Positions 40,201 to 51,599 of a stretch of 64,000 nt of DNA are shown in pieces. A program made the translations under genes and the position numbers. The stretch spans positions 107,384,001-107,448,000 of the forward strand of contig JAGIQG010000009.1 in the NCBI GenBank assembly GCA_024679065.1, given 5' to 3'. How positions within the stretch are numbered: the first letter of the stretch is position 1; each line of letters starts with the position of its first letter. The notes beneath the pieces are model-generated. The model was not told the DNA's origin, made no database searches, and worked only from the letters and a program-made list of their open reading frames with translations. This DNA comes from Sphyrna mokarran. Its lineage: Eukaryota.

Positions 40201-43200
40201 TCTTTACGTCTGTTTATGGTCGTCTTGTGTTGATAATCAATTAGTCCAGGAGCGATTTTACGGCCTCGCTCGGGCGAGACGGACATTTTCATTGTGGGGC
40301 CTTCGCCCACGCGGATTTCATGGCGGGCGAGGTAATACAGTCCTGAGTGTTTTGTAGAATGATAAGGATTTGTCCCTTCGTAGCCTCCATTGTACTAATA
40401 GCAATTCAAGCGTTTGATCAGTGTATTTTCCATAAGCACATGCTCACTTTATGAATTGGTTTCTCTGTATACTGATATAAATAGTTTTTAATAAAATAGC
40501 TACATTTTGTCTTTCCGTTTAAAGTTGAAATTAACCAAACGAATTTCTGATCAACTCAACAAATTTTGATCATTGTGGTTGGCCACTACAGCGGATCAGC
40601 CAAAAAAATCTAGAGTTTCACCAGCAGCTGAGGGGCAAGGTCAGCCAAATTGCGTTCCAACACATTGAACAGTGAAGCATCTTAAATATTAACTAGCTAC
40701 AACACACAAACAAAAAGCCAACAAAGTCGTACACATACTAAATCTGAGTCTCACTTGTCTTCATATCCAAGGCCAGAGTATCTTACAACTTCAAAAGTAC
40801 TTAATTGATTTTAAAATCTCTTTGGAGATCCAGAGGTTTGCAAAACTTTTCTTTCTTCTTTAAAGTTTACTTTAGACGCTGAGCAGGCATATCTCTAAAC
40901 ATGAGTGCACATAGAACTTCAACAGGCAAAATAGTTCGCAAGTGCAACATTACTGAAAAGCTACTTGCTGGAACACATGCGAATGTGCGACTCGACATTG
41001 AAAATATTTATTTGTCCAAAACATCAGACAAATTTAGGTTTGATTTTGATTTGATTTGATTTATTAATGTCCCATGTATTGCGATGAAGTAAAAGAAATG
41101 TTTCTTGCGCACTATGCAGACAAAGCATGCCATTCATAGAGAAGGAAACAGGTGTTACAGTCATAACTAGGTTGTAGAGAAAGATCAGCTTAATGCAAGT
41201 TAGGTCCATTCATAAGTCTGAGGGCAGCAGGGAAGGTGTCCTTCAGTCGGTTAGTAAGTGACCTCAGACTTTCGCATCTTTTTCCCGATGGAAGAAGGCG
41301 AGAGAGAGAATGTCTGGGGTGCATACTATCCTTAATTATGCTGGCTCCTTGGCGAGGCAGTGGGAAGTATAGACAGAGTCAATGGATTGGAAGCTTGTTT
41401 GTGTGATGTAATGAGCTACATCTATGGTGAGATGAATTGTCTTTAAAATATGGATTAATCATGTTCTCCCTTTGCCTGAAACAGAAGTGCCTCGGAGAAA
41501 GAAAGTGCGGGAAGTGCGAGATCGTGCTAAACATCAGGTAAATGTGTGTCTGACTATTTTTTAAGTTTATTTATTAGTCACAAGTAAGGCTGTGAACTTA
41601 CTGTGAAATTCTCCTAGTCGTCTCACTCTGATGCCTGTTCTAACCAGCACATCTTTCAGAGGAAACCCAAGCCCTCAAAGGAAACCCACGAGACATGGGG
41701 AGTACGTGCAAACAGAAAGTGATCCAAACTGGGAATTGAACCTGGGTCCTGGCGCTGTGAGGCAGTAATGCTAACCACAGTACTCTATCCACTCCAAAAT
41801 ATGACGAGGTCCGATCACACCTGAAATATATATCTTCACAGGCACATTTTTGTGTATTGGGATTACATAGAACACAGAACATAGAGTTATACAGCACAGT
41901 ACAGGTCCTTCGCCCTCAATGTTGTTCCCAGCTATGTCCAACCCAAGATCAAGCTATCCCTCTCTCTATCATTCTGGTGTGCTCCATGTGCCTATCCAAT
42001 AACCGCTTGAAAGTTCCTAAACTGTCCCACTCCACTACCACAGCAGGCAGTGTATTCCACAGCCTAACCACTCTCTGAGTGAAGAATCTACCTCGTACAT
42101 CCCCACTCTATCTCCCACCATGAACCTTATAGTTATGCCACCTAGCAACCGCTACATCCACGTGAAGAAATAGTCTCTGAACATCCATTCAAATAGCACG
42201 AGGAATCACGGGCTTAGGGTGGGGGGGGGGGGGTAAAGTATAATTTGGATGCTAGAGAGAGTTTATTCCACATAGAGGGTGGTGGGGGTATGGAACGCGC
42301 TGCCAAGTAAAGTGGTGGAGGCAGGCACTCTGGAGTTATTTAAAAGATACTTAGATGGGCACATGAATAGAATGGGAATGGAGGGATATAGAAAACTGAT
42401 TTAAAATAGGGATCATGAGCCTTGGGAGTCTCTGGGGAGTGTGTAAACGAGTCCCTAGGAAGTGTGTAAATAGTCGATGATATTGATGTATTTGTTTTAT
42501 CCTACAGGTACTTTCGTCCGCCTTGTTGTCTAACAACAGGCATACACGCGATGGGTCGTGAGAGGGCTGCTCTTGGATTTTTTTCGAGAGTATCCTCGTG
42601 CTTCACGTCGTCAGTGTACGCTTGACCTGGACCATTTGATGGGCAACACGACAGCTCAGTGACTATCGCTGTGCTGTGCAGATTTGGGCCTGTATCTGTG
42701 GGAATTTGTGCATCCTTCCCGTGCTTGAGTGGATTTTCTCCGGGTGCTCCGGTTTCCTCCCACATCCCAGAGATGTGCTCTTAAGCTGATTGGCAGAACA
42801 AATTCTCCGTAAATTGCCTCAAATTTGGTTTCAATGCATAGATCTATAACCATAGACAGAGATCACGGGTAAAAGTGGGAATATCGAGGTGGCGGCTTGG
42901 GCTCGTGGGGCCGAAGGGCTTGTTTCCCGTGCTGTTTTGTTCTTTGTTCTTTGTTATTCTATCTATCCGCCTCATCATCTTATAAACCTCTATTCAGTCG
43001 CCTCTCATCCTCGTCCGCTCTAAAGGGAAAAGCTCCAGCTCCCTCAACCTTTCCTCATAAGACCGACCCTCCAAACCAGGCAGCATCCCGAGAAATCTCC
43101 TCTGCACTCTCTCTAATGCTTCCACATCCTTCTCATAGTAAGGTGATCATAACTGAACACAATATTCCAAATGTGGTCTCACCAACGTTCGGTATACTTG

Positions 43201-44933
43201 CAGCATAACCTCTCGGATCTTAAACTCAACCCCCTGTTAATAAACGTTAACACACTATAAGCCTTCTTTACTACTCTATCCACTTGAATGGCAACCTTTA
43301 GACATCTGTGCATATGAACTCCAAGATCTCTCTGTTCCTCCACATTCCTCAGAACCTTGCCATTGACCACGTAAACCACATTCAAGTTTGTCCTAACAAA
43401 ATGAATCACCTGGCACTTATCAAGATTAAACTACATTTGCTATTTTTCGATCCAGCTCTTCAGGCTATCAATGACCCTTTGCAGCCTGCACGAATCTTTC
43501 ACCTCATCCACTACTCCACCAATCCTACTGTCATCAGCAAATTTGCCAACCCACCCTTCAGCCCCCTCTTCTACGTCATTGATAAAAATCACAAATAACA
43601 AAGGTCCCAGCACTGATCCCTGTGGTACACCGCTAGTGACTGGCCTCCAGTCTGAAATTTTTCTTTCCACCATCACCCTCTATCTTCTTTGAGACAGCCA
43701 GTTACTTATCCAATCGGTCAAATTTCCTTCTACCCCACACCTCCCTACCTTCTTCATGCGCCTACATGGGGAACCTTGTCAAACGCCTTTCTAAAATCCA
43801 TCTTTATGACATTAACTACTCTACTTCTGTCTACACACTTAGTTCCCTCCTCAAAGAATTCAATCAAATCTGGGAGGCAGGCACTTTTCAAAACAGTGCT
43901 GACTATCCCGGATTAAACTGCATCTTTCCAAATGGTCGTAAATCCTAACTTTCAGGACCTTTTCCATTAACTTACCGACCACCGAAGTAAAACTAACTGG
44001 CCTATAATTACGAGGGTTATTCCTACTTCCTTTCTTGAAGAGAGGAACAACATTCACCACTCTCCAGTCCTCTGGCACTATCCCCGTGGACAGTGAGGAC
44101 TCAAAGACCAAAGCTAAAGGCTCCGCAATCTCACCTCTTGCCTCCCAAAGTATCCTAGGATGTATCCCATTTGGCCTAGGGGACTTATTGACCCTTAGGT
44201 TTTTCAACATTGCTAATACATCTTCCCTCAGAACATGTATCTCCTCTATCCTTTCAGACTGTATCACGCACTCATTCTCAAAACATGGCCCCTCTCCTTA
44301 GTGAACACTGAAGAAAAGAATGATGACCTGTTGCTCTGAGACGGTGTCCTCTGGTCCCAGAATCTGCCACAAAAGCAGACACTTCTCAACATCTACCCTG
44401 TTAAACAACATGAGAATCGTTTACATTGTCTCTCATTTTTCTAAACTCCATTGAACACAGACCCTACTATTTAGTTTATTCTCGAAAGAAAATCCCCCCA
44501 TTGCGGGGATCAACCTAATGAACTTCTTCTGAACAGCCTCCAAAACACATATATCTTTTCTGAGATAAAAGACAAAAGCTGTTAAGTTAATCCCGGTAGA
44601 AGGAATTCTGGATGGCAAAACAATTTAGCGTTTTGTCTCTAAGGGCTAAGATAGAAACTGTTTCCACAACAATTGTTGCTCTTCAGGAACTTGGTAAACA
44701 ATGATACTCTGTATATCTACTTTTCTTTCTACCTTTCTTTGCAGAAATGCGGTTGAATTATGTGAATGAAATGTAATATTAGCTCTGTAATATAATCTAG
44801 CGTTATGGTAATATGATTTTTACCTGACTGTTGCTCCTTCACTTTAAACGTTTTTTCTTACTTTGCTCAGACGGGGACTGTTGCTATGATTTTGGCGCCT
44901 TGTCTATCTGTAACTCCATACAACGTCCTATAA
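28345..44933 (+). CDS. Gene B: NKp30/NCR3-like single Ig V-set type I membrane receptor. Exons 28345-28405, (33082-33108 optional), 33179-33505, 33840-33974, 36734-36752, 36866-36900, 41485-41537; terminal exon at 44745 or 44871
   Basis: Continuous reading frame across canonical splice sites: MATERWAMTSLFLLISSCLE-G(EDATTKQNG)TETATSPVVQSPGSVHIFQGGSVILNCSF...WRRD...ESGIYYCEIEILGRPKQSGNGTSVTVQ-HVCDKPVAVNNLLLDWIWIAVAGGVTLLIILVLLIVIIFLARRNK-AYALLV-RECSSFDCAKEP-EVPRRKKVREVRDRAKHQ-(KCG* or TGTVAMILAPCLSVTPYNVL*). The NKp30 resemblance is judged from remembered motifs, not from a search. Confidence 0.85.
28470..29100 (+). mobile_element. Second tRNA-SINE family with a V-SINE nested at about 28590-28890. 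Other copies at about 3050-3390(+), 35300-35640(+), 36060-36390(-), 50450-50800(-), 60255-60690(+)
   Basis: gggttcaaatccc B box, then atgaccatgaaacc, gaaggaaatctgcc and gggcaataaatgctggcc. Confidence 0.75.
29820..30003. mobile_element. Penelope-derived inverted-repeat element
   Basis: Arms of about 48 bp (gaaaatgctggaaaatctcagc / gctaagattttccagcgttttc), flanked by the 17-bp direct repeat ACAGACTGACTCCAGTT. Confidence 0.65.
30790..31400 (-). mobile_element. CR1-group LINE 3' fragment (same family as 12056-12275)
   Basis: Similar degenerate ORF; its 3' end (gttggcctagccagcctcgcccatatcc) is shared with the second SINE family. Confidence 0.6.
33082..33108 (+). CDS. Gene B possible 27-nt frame-preserving micro-exon (G-EDATTKQN)
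   Basis: tttgtcacag|...aacg|gtattg, phase 1-1. Creates an N-G-T sequon across the junction. The downstream intron is only 70 nt. Confidence 0.5.
33179..33505 (+). CDS. Gene B Ig V-set exon (V and J-like G strand in one exon)
   Basis: Polypyrimidine tract plus cccctag| acceptor and CAG C|gtaagg donor. B-strand Cys (LNCSF), C-strand Trp (SWRRD), F-strand GIYYC and G-strand GNGTSVTV are all present. Confidence 0.95.
33840..33974 (+). CDS. Gene B stalk and transmembrane exon
   Basis: tttcaacag| acceptor and AAAG|gtaatt donor. Encodes the uncharged TM WIWIAVAGGVTLLIILVLLIVIIFLA followed by the RRNK stop-transfer. Confidence 0.93.
34455..35150 (-). mobile_element. CR1 LINE 3' fragment
   Basis: VHQSLNVSMQVQQVIKKAN on the minus strand; CR1 UTR. 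Confidence 0.85.
36990..37225. repeat. (TG)n microsatellite with degenerate flank
   Basis: Seen directly. Confidence 0.95.
37570..37895 (+). mobile_element. Full-length V-SINE (HE1-like)
   Basis: ggcggcacggtggcacagtggttag head, ggttcgattc B box, V-domain, CR1 tail. Confidence 0.9.
41040..41420 (-). mobile_element. Rex1/Babar LINE 3' fragment
   Basis: Homologous to 750-1190 (LLPSGKRCESL); (TCAAA)n tail. Confidence 0.8.
41865..44312 (-). mobile_element. CR1 LINE, interrupted by the 42191-42955 insertion
   Basis: NYRPVSFTSVVGK, GVPQGSVLGPLLFVIFIND and KFADDS motifs. Confidence 0.92.
42191..42955 (+). mobile_element. Composite CR1 with V-domain 3' UTR (copy 3), nested in an older minus-strand CR1
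   Basis: ORF2 end (VVGVWNALPSKVVEAGTL), UTR and tail. ATTC duplicated at 42187-42190 and 42956-42959; removing the insert restores the host CR1. Confidence 0.88.
44325..44590 (-). mobile_element. CR1 fragment
   Basis: YLRKDICVLEAVQKKFIRLIP. Confidence 0.75.
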
Positions 44934-44974
44934 CTGCGGTCTGCATCCCTGTTTTATTAACAGCAAGGACTTGG

Positions 44975-46498
44975 AAGTTTTAAAGAAAACAAGAGAGGAG
45001 ATTGCAGAGCCTCTGGCTCTGATCTTCAGGTCCTCGTTGGTTACGGGTGTGGTTCCGGAGGACTGGAGGATAGCGAATGTAGTCCCATTGTTTAAGAAGG
45101 GGAAGAGAGACCTTCCTGGGAATTATAGGCCAGTGAGTCTTACTTCTGTTGTGGGCAAGGTATTGGAGAGAATTATTAGGGATAGGATTTATAGTTATTT
45201 AGAGAGAAATGAATTGATTGGGGATAGTCAGCATGGTTTCGTGAAGGGTAGGTCATGCCTTACTAACCTCATTGAGTTTTTTGAGAAAGTGACCAAAGAG
45301 GTGGATGGGGGTAAGGCGGTTGATGTAGTATATATGGACTTTAGTAAGGCGTTTGATAAGGTGGCCCATGGAAGACTTCTACAGAAAATGCAGATGTGTG
45401 GAATAGAGGGTGATTTAGCTAATTGGATTAGAAATTGGCTGGCAGATAGAAGACAGAGGGTGGTGGTTGATGGGAGATATTCATCGTGGATTTCGGTGAC
45501 GAGTGGTGTGCCTCAGGGGTCTGTTTTGGGGCCCCTGCTGTTTGTAATTTTTATAAATGATCTGGATGAGGGTATTGAGGGATGGATCAGTAAATTTGCA
45601 GATGATACTAAAGTTGGTGGTGTGGTAGATAGTGAAGAGGGGTGTTTTAGTTTACAGAGTGACTTGGACAAGTTGCAGAGCTGGGCCGAGAGGTGGCAAA
45701 TGGAGTTTAATGTGGAAAAGTGTGAGGTAATGCACTTTGGCAGGAACAATAAATGTGTAGAGTATAGGGCTAATGGTAGGGCTCTTAATAGTGTTGAGGA
45801 ACAGAAGGATCTTGGTGTATGTGTCAATAGATCCCTGAAAGTAGGCAGTCAAGTGGATAAAGTTGTTAAGAAGGCATATGGAGTCTTAGCTTTTATTGGT
45901 AGGGGGATTGAATTTAGGAGCCGCAGCATCATGTTGCAACTGTACAAAACTCTAGTGCGGCCGCACTTGGAGTATTGTGTGCAGTTCTGGTCCCCACATT
46001 ATAAGAAAGATGTGGAGGCATTGGAGAGGGTACAGAGGAGGTTTACCAGGATGTTGCCTGGTATGGAGGGCAGGTCCTATGAAGAGAGGTTGAAGGATTT
46101 GAGGTTGTTTTCGTTAGAAAGGAGGCGGCTAAGAGGGGATCTTATTGAAGCATATAAGATGATTAGAGGTTTAGATAGGGTGGACAGTGATAGCCTTTTT
46201 CCTAGGATGGAGAAAGCTAGCACGAGGGGACACAGCTTTAAATTAAGGGGTATGAGTTATAGGACGGATATCAGAGGTAGGTTCTTTACTCAAAGAGTGA
46301 TTAGGGAGTGGAATGCCCTGCCTGCAGCTGTTGTAGATGCGCCAAGTTTGGTGGCGTTTAAGAGGTTAATTGATAAGTATATGGAAGAGAAGGGAATGGT
46401 TTAGTTTGGAGGGGCATTGCTTTTTATTTTGGTCGGCACAACATCGAAGGCCGAAGGGCCTGTTCTGTGCTGTATTGTTCTATGTTCTATGTTCTATG
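44975..46498 (+). mobile_element. Young 5'-truncated CR1 LINE with uninterrupted reverse-transcriptase ORF (about 477 aa)
   Basis: NYRPVSLTSVVGK, YMDFSKAFDKV, GVPQGSVLGPLLF and KFADDTK motifs; (GTTCTAT)n tail; no endonuclease domain. Confidence 0.97.
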
Positions 46499-47299
46499 AA
46501 TGTGCCATCGAAAATCTTTCATTTTTCACTCAAGCTACGCAAGATAAAATAATAATAAAGGGAACAGTAATTTATACTCATTAGAAGAGTGTGCTTATTG
46601 GTTGGCAGATGTACGCTGGTTACCAACAAGTGATGCATAAAATTAAACGCATTAAAATGCATTTCTTTTAACCAAAGTAATGCTTGTGTCCTTTCTCCAA
46701 AAACAGGATGATAGTTACCTTAACTGTCACCATAATGAAGCCAACGCGAAGCAAAACCGGCCGGCGTTGCCAAGGCGGAACATACAGTAGATCTTCTCAT
46801 TATTTGATTATTGTCGTGTCTGTATTTCACCATCCGGCCTTATCAAAATAACAGTGAGATAAGAAAAACTACTTTCAACTTTTCAGTTTTTTGTGACAGT
46901 TAGTTGTTTATTAATGCACAATGTACGCTGTATGAAATTTCAAATATATGATTTTGTTTCTTTTTCAAATAGAATTTCTTTGAAGTTGCTGTTCCCATGG
47001 CAACTTATATACTATTATTATTCATTATTATTAATATAAGAGTTACAAAATGAATTATGGTATGTTGCTGTATCTGATTAGTGTAAAATTTATTGCCCAT
47101 CCGCTATTTGCCCTCAAGAAAGTGATGATGAGCTGCCTTCTTGAACTCTTATAGTCCCTGAGCTGTTGGGACACACAGAGTGCTGGGAAGGAGGGAGTTC
47201 CATGATTGTCACTCAGTCATCAAAGCGGGAATTGAACTTAGGTCCCTCGAGCTGTGAGGCACTTTGCTAACCATTGTGCCATCGATGTTCACTTCTTTC

Positions 47300-48500
47300 G
47301 TGTGCCTTTTAACGGCGTTGTTGAATTGAGATTTGGGCGCTCTCTGATAATTCAGCACTGGCAATCTCTCCACAAAGCATGGGATGTGGCCATGTTTCAT
47401 CCAATACAAATATCCAAGGCTTCGACACTTGATTTGCAGTAGCATGTTTGCCCTCGAAGGGGCTGCTTCACTGGTTACTTTATCTTTAAAAGTAATCATC
47501 GTAAACACAAATAGAAGCATTTCAGCCATTGCTCTTGTAAGCTGTCCAGTTGTCGGTATCTTGCAGAAATATGCTGAGGATTCAGGACTTGTAGGTAAGT
47601 ATCTTGGTTTTGTGGATCAGATTGCTGTTTACCCATGCCATCTTTGTTAGTAGACTTCAGTTGATGGCTGCCTTTTCTATGTTCTAGTTAATTATGATGC
47701 AAGTTGTCTCTAATCATTAAACGAATAGGATGATTTCCTCACTGTTTCCGTAGGCGAGATATTTCCTCTGATCTCAGAGGGAGCCGTAACAATCTATTCC
47801 AATCTTATATTTTGCCTGGCACTTCTGGTGACCAAGGATGAAGTAAACGATCCATTAACATTTGGAATTGTTTTTCTCTCTGAACAAGTAGTACGACATT
47901 ACCGGAGTACGAAGGTTCTCTGATCACGATGTATCACAATTTTGTCGTGGTTTCCAGTTTTGACTATTTAAGGATTTTCCTGTCAGATCGTGTGTGGAGA
48001 TACACTCCTGTCACGACGGTAGGGAAAGCACAGGACAATAGGACATTTAAAAAGCTACCAAACAGTAGCAGTCCTCCTTAACCCCATTCTTGATCTATTC
48101 CTAACTCAGAGTGGGAGCCATCGAACTGAATGATGCCACGCATGTTATCATGCAATGACCATATTTGACAGCGAAATCTTTATTGGAGGGCAGCCAATTT
48201 CCTCTGCTTTAGTAGACACACAGCTCGTTCATTGTGTGCAATGGTAATGCGATCCGCAAAAGTAGGTTATAGTGGCTTATGCTATTCTGTGCACTTCTCT
48301 TGAAGCTGACGGTAGGTTGCGTGTGAGGGAAGATCATATCTACCCTGAATATATCGCTGTGAAGCCACATTTTGCCTCTGTTGGTTAGGTAGTGGAGCCT
48401 AATTACAATGAAGGTCTTCTCGGTGATGTGGAGGAGTGAGATGCCCCAGAAGTTTTGCAATCTGCTCGATGCTAACATATAGACGTACCAATTGTGCCTC
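47300..48500 (-). mobile_element. Degenerate RTE-clade LINE
   Basis: Minus-strand frames give NFWGISLL, RQLQEKCTE, KIGCPP, LHDNMRG, IKNGVKE and HKTKILTYKS, which are RTE-type RT signatures with many stops. Confidence 0.8.
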
Positions 48501-49024
48501 TCCATTTTGTTGCTTTCCAAAGATTTTTGTTTTAACAAAAGAGCCATTTATCGATTTGGGAATTTAGGAACCAATTTGGATCATAACTTCTGCCAAACAT
48601 GGGCTATTGGAAATGGGGTTTGTGCAAATATTTACATTTGCTTTGCTGCCTTTTTGTGATGATTTAGTTTATTATTTTGGGCAAGAGGAGTGAGCAATTC
48701 ATCTATTTATCTCTAACTGTTGAATGACAGAAATTATTTAATGAATTTCTAAGCATCACTACCACAGTGTATTCAATGAAGAAATATTGCTGAGTGGAAC
48801 TTGACCACATACAGATGAAATATTGTTTCACCAAAACTTTTAATGACAAAGCACGAAGAAAATTTAGCAAATGCAGTTCGAAAAAGATACAATTGATTCA
48901 GTTTAACGTAGTAAAACTGAGTAATTTTGTGTAGCAAGAGCAATTGTTTTCTTCGGCTTAGGATCATTGTTCTGGGCATCAGTCAATAAACCTACATTTT
49001 ACCCATTAGTGCCCCGTTTCTCTA

Positions 49025-50075
49025 ATGTCATTCTCCTGGACAGATAGAGTTATAGAGCCTACGGCCAACTTTTCTATGCCGCCTTTTTTGTAAAATCACT
49101 AAGAGTTCCAATTGCCCATTTCCCTCTATACCCATTTTACCTATGTAACTGTCTAAATGCTTCTTAAAAGATAGAATTTACCCTCTGCTACCTCTGGGAG
49201 CCTGTTCTAAACACTCACCACTCTCTGCGTGAAACAAAAATGCCCATGTACCTTTTTACATCTCTTCACTTTCACTTCAGATCTATCGTCTAGTCTTAGA
49301 TTCTCCTGTCTTAGGGAAAAGATGCTGACTATCTAACTAATCTATGCCCCTCATGACTTTATAGACCTCTATAAGATCACCCCTCAGTCTCCTACGCTGT
49401 AGGGGAAAAAAAAATCCCAGTCTAGAGGGCCTCTCCTTATAACTCTAAACATCAAGTCCCAGTAAATTTTTGTACACTCTTTCTAGTTTAATATTATTCT
49501 ACCCATAATAAGGTGACCAGAACCAGAGACAGTAATCCAAGTGTGGTTTTACCAATGTCTTATACAACTTCAACAAGAGGTCCCAACTCCCATATTCAAT
49601 GTTCTGACCAATGAAATAGAGCATGCTGAATAATTTTCTTCATCACTTTGTCCACCTGTGACTCCATGTCCAAGGAGATATGATCCTGTACTCATAGATC
49701 TCATTGTTCTATAATTTTCTCCAGCATCCTATCGTTAACTGAGTAAATCCTGCTCTGGTTTGATCTTCCAAAAGGCATTGCCTCACATTTATCTAAATTC
49801 AAGTCCATCTGACATTCATCAGCCCAATGGCCCAATTGATCAGGATTCTGTTGCAATATTAAATAACCTTCTTCACTCTCCACTATGTCACAAATCGTAG
49901 TGTCATCTGCAAACTTAGTTACCATGCCTCTTAAATTCTCATGCAAATCATGAACAGAAATAGCAAGTAACAGTGGACCCTGCACCGATTTGTGAGGCAC
50001 ACTGTTGGTCACAGGCCTCCAGTCTGAAAATTATACATCTGTCTTCTGTCACCAAGCCAAGTTTGTATCCAAAAT
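49025..50075 (-). mobile_element. CR1 LINE fragment
   Basis: TKFADDTTIC and QMDLNLDKCEAM motifs. Confidence 0.88.
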
Positions 50076-51599
50076 GCTTCTTCTTTGGCCTTTCTTTTGT
50101 CCTGTGAAATCTCCAAGACAATTTCCTTCACATGAATAGTTTTGTGCAGATAAAGACCTTCAAAATATTGAAACCAAAAAGAATTATTTCCTAATGCAAT
50201 ATTGGATGATAAGAATATAGACATCTTGCAATACAGACAAGAATTATTAAATATAGTGGAAGTTAAAACAAGAAAAGCTTTGATATCAGGGAAATTTTAA
50301 ATTAATCTCTTCCTTGTAAACTGAGTGAACATGCGTACAACAGTCGTTTCGTATCGAGCTCACATTTTTCTCCAATTGAATCAAATATTGTGTTTCATAA
50401 GTTTCCCGAAAAGCACCATGTTGTGTTACTTTAAATGTATCAGTTTTCAGTTAACTCCACATTTTCCCCCCATGGGATGGCAGTGACGCTGGGAATGTCA
50501 TCCATCTATTTTTCACCCCTTCATAATTGCCTTCGAACTCTGTGGCTTGCTAGCCCATTTGCAAACGCAGTTAAATCGTGGATTTGCAATCATATACCAG
50601 CCAGGCCTTGTACGGATGGTTTCTTTTCCCTAATGGGTTCCTAACAACAGTCAATTATATTTTTCACTGTCACTGTTAGCTTTTAACTTTATATTACAGA
50701 TTTATCAATGGGACTGAAGTTCCATTAGCTGGTCGCCAAAGCTCCAGCTCGGACCTCTGAATTATCAGTTAGCGATATTACCACTCTGCCACCACTTCCC
50801 AACCAACATATCATTGGAACCTCACAAGAATCTACCTTCGAATCGAAAAAATGTTATCTTTCTAAAGTCACTTCGAGCTTGAAAAATACATGATCTACAT
50901 ATAAATGATTTACTTTTCTATCACTTAGCATTTATTTTGCCCCAGAAAAAGAATCTTGTGTTGCAACACTTTGATGCGATACTTCAAAAGGATAATTTTC
51001 AATCTGTCTTGCAAATTACTGCTCTGCTCAATCAGCAATGGAAACATTTACTCGATATCAGGCTTAGTTATTATATTGTGGTTTAAGTTTGTTACATGCA
51101 AATGCCACCCACATAAGCTTTTGTGCATCTGACATCTCCACGCTGAAATTTAGAGCGGCCTATTGTTCAGACATCTTGCTTAATAATTTATTGCAATGTA
51201 TGGGAACAGTTGACCTTCATTTGTGGTCAAACGTGCATATTATCACGGGTTATATGATGATTGAACTTTCAGTGGTCAGTGGTCTGTGCATCAACAGTAA
51301 AATTGCAGCTTTTACAAATGGTGAATGGTTTGTTTCTCTGTAAGACCAAAAACCACAAAGATCATAAGAACTTATAACGTAACTATAGCTACTAGTGTAC
51401 AGAAAATGCATTTAAAGTGGAAGAATTCCTCTGTCACTAGAACAGTGGACGTGGAGGGGCCATTTACTCGTGGTCTATAAATAAAATAGACTATTGATAA
51501 TTAACTTATAGCTTCATTTTGAAAATCCTAACTACCTAACCTTTGGTCCTCCATTCACCAGTAACCTTTCTGCAAGTACTGATTTAATCCCTTGTGCCC

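Noticed and set aside
44971-46404. 477-aa ORF as a host gene or novel RT system
   Set aside because: Ordinary 5'-truncated CR1 ORF2 with a non-ATG start and a CR1 tail.
47567-48081. Apparent extra gene B exons 47567-47594 (KYAEDSGLV, AG|gtaagt) and 47987-48081, which are in phase with exon 41537
   Set aside because: Both lie antisense within a decayed RTE LINE, so the splice-like sites are probably incidental. Exonisation cannot be excluded without RNA data.
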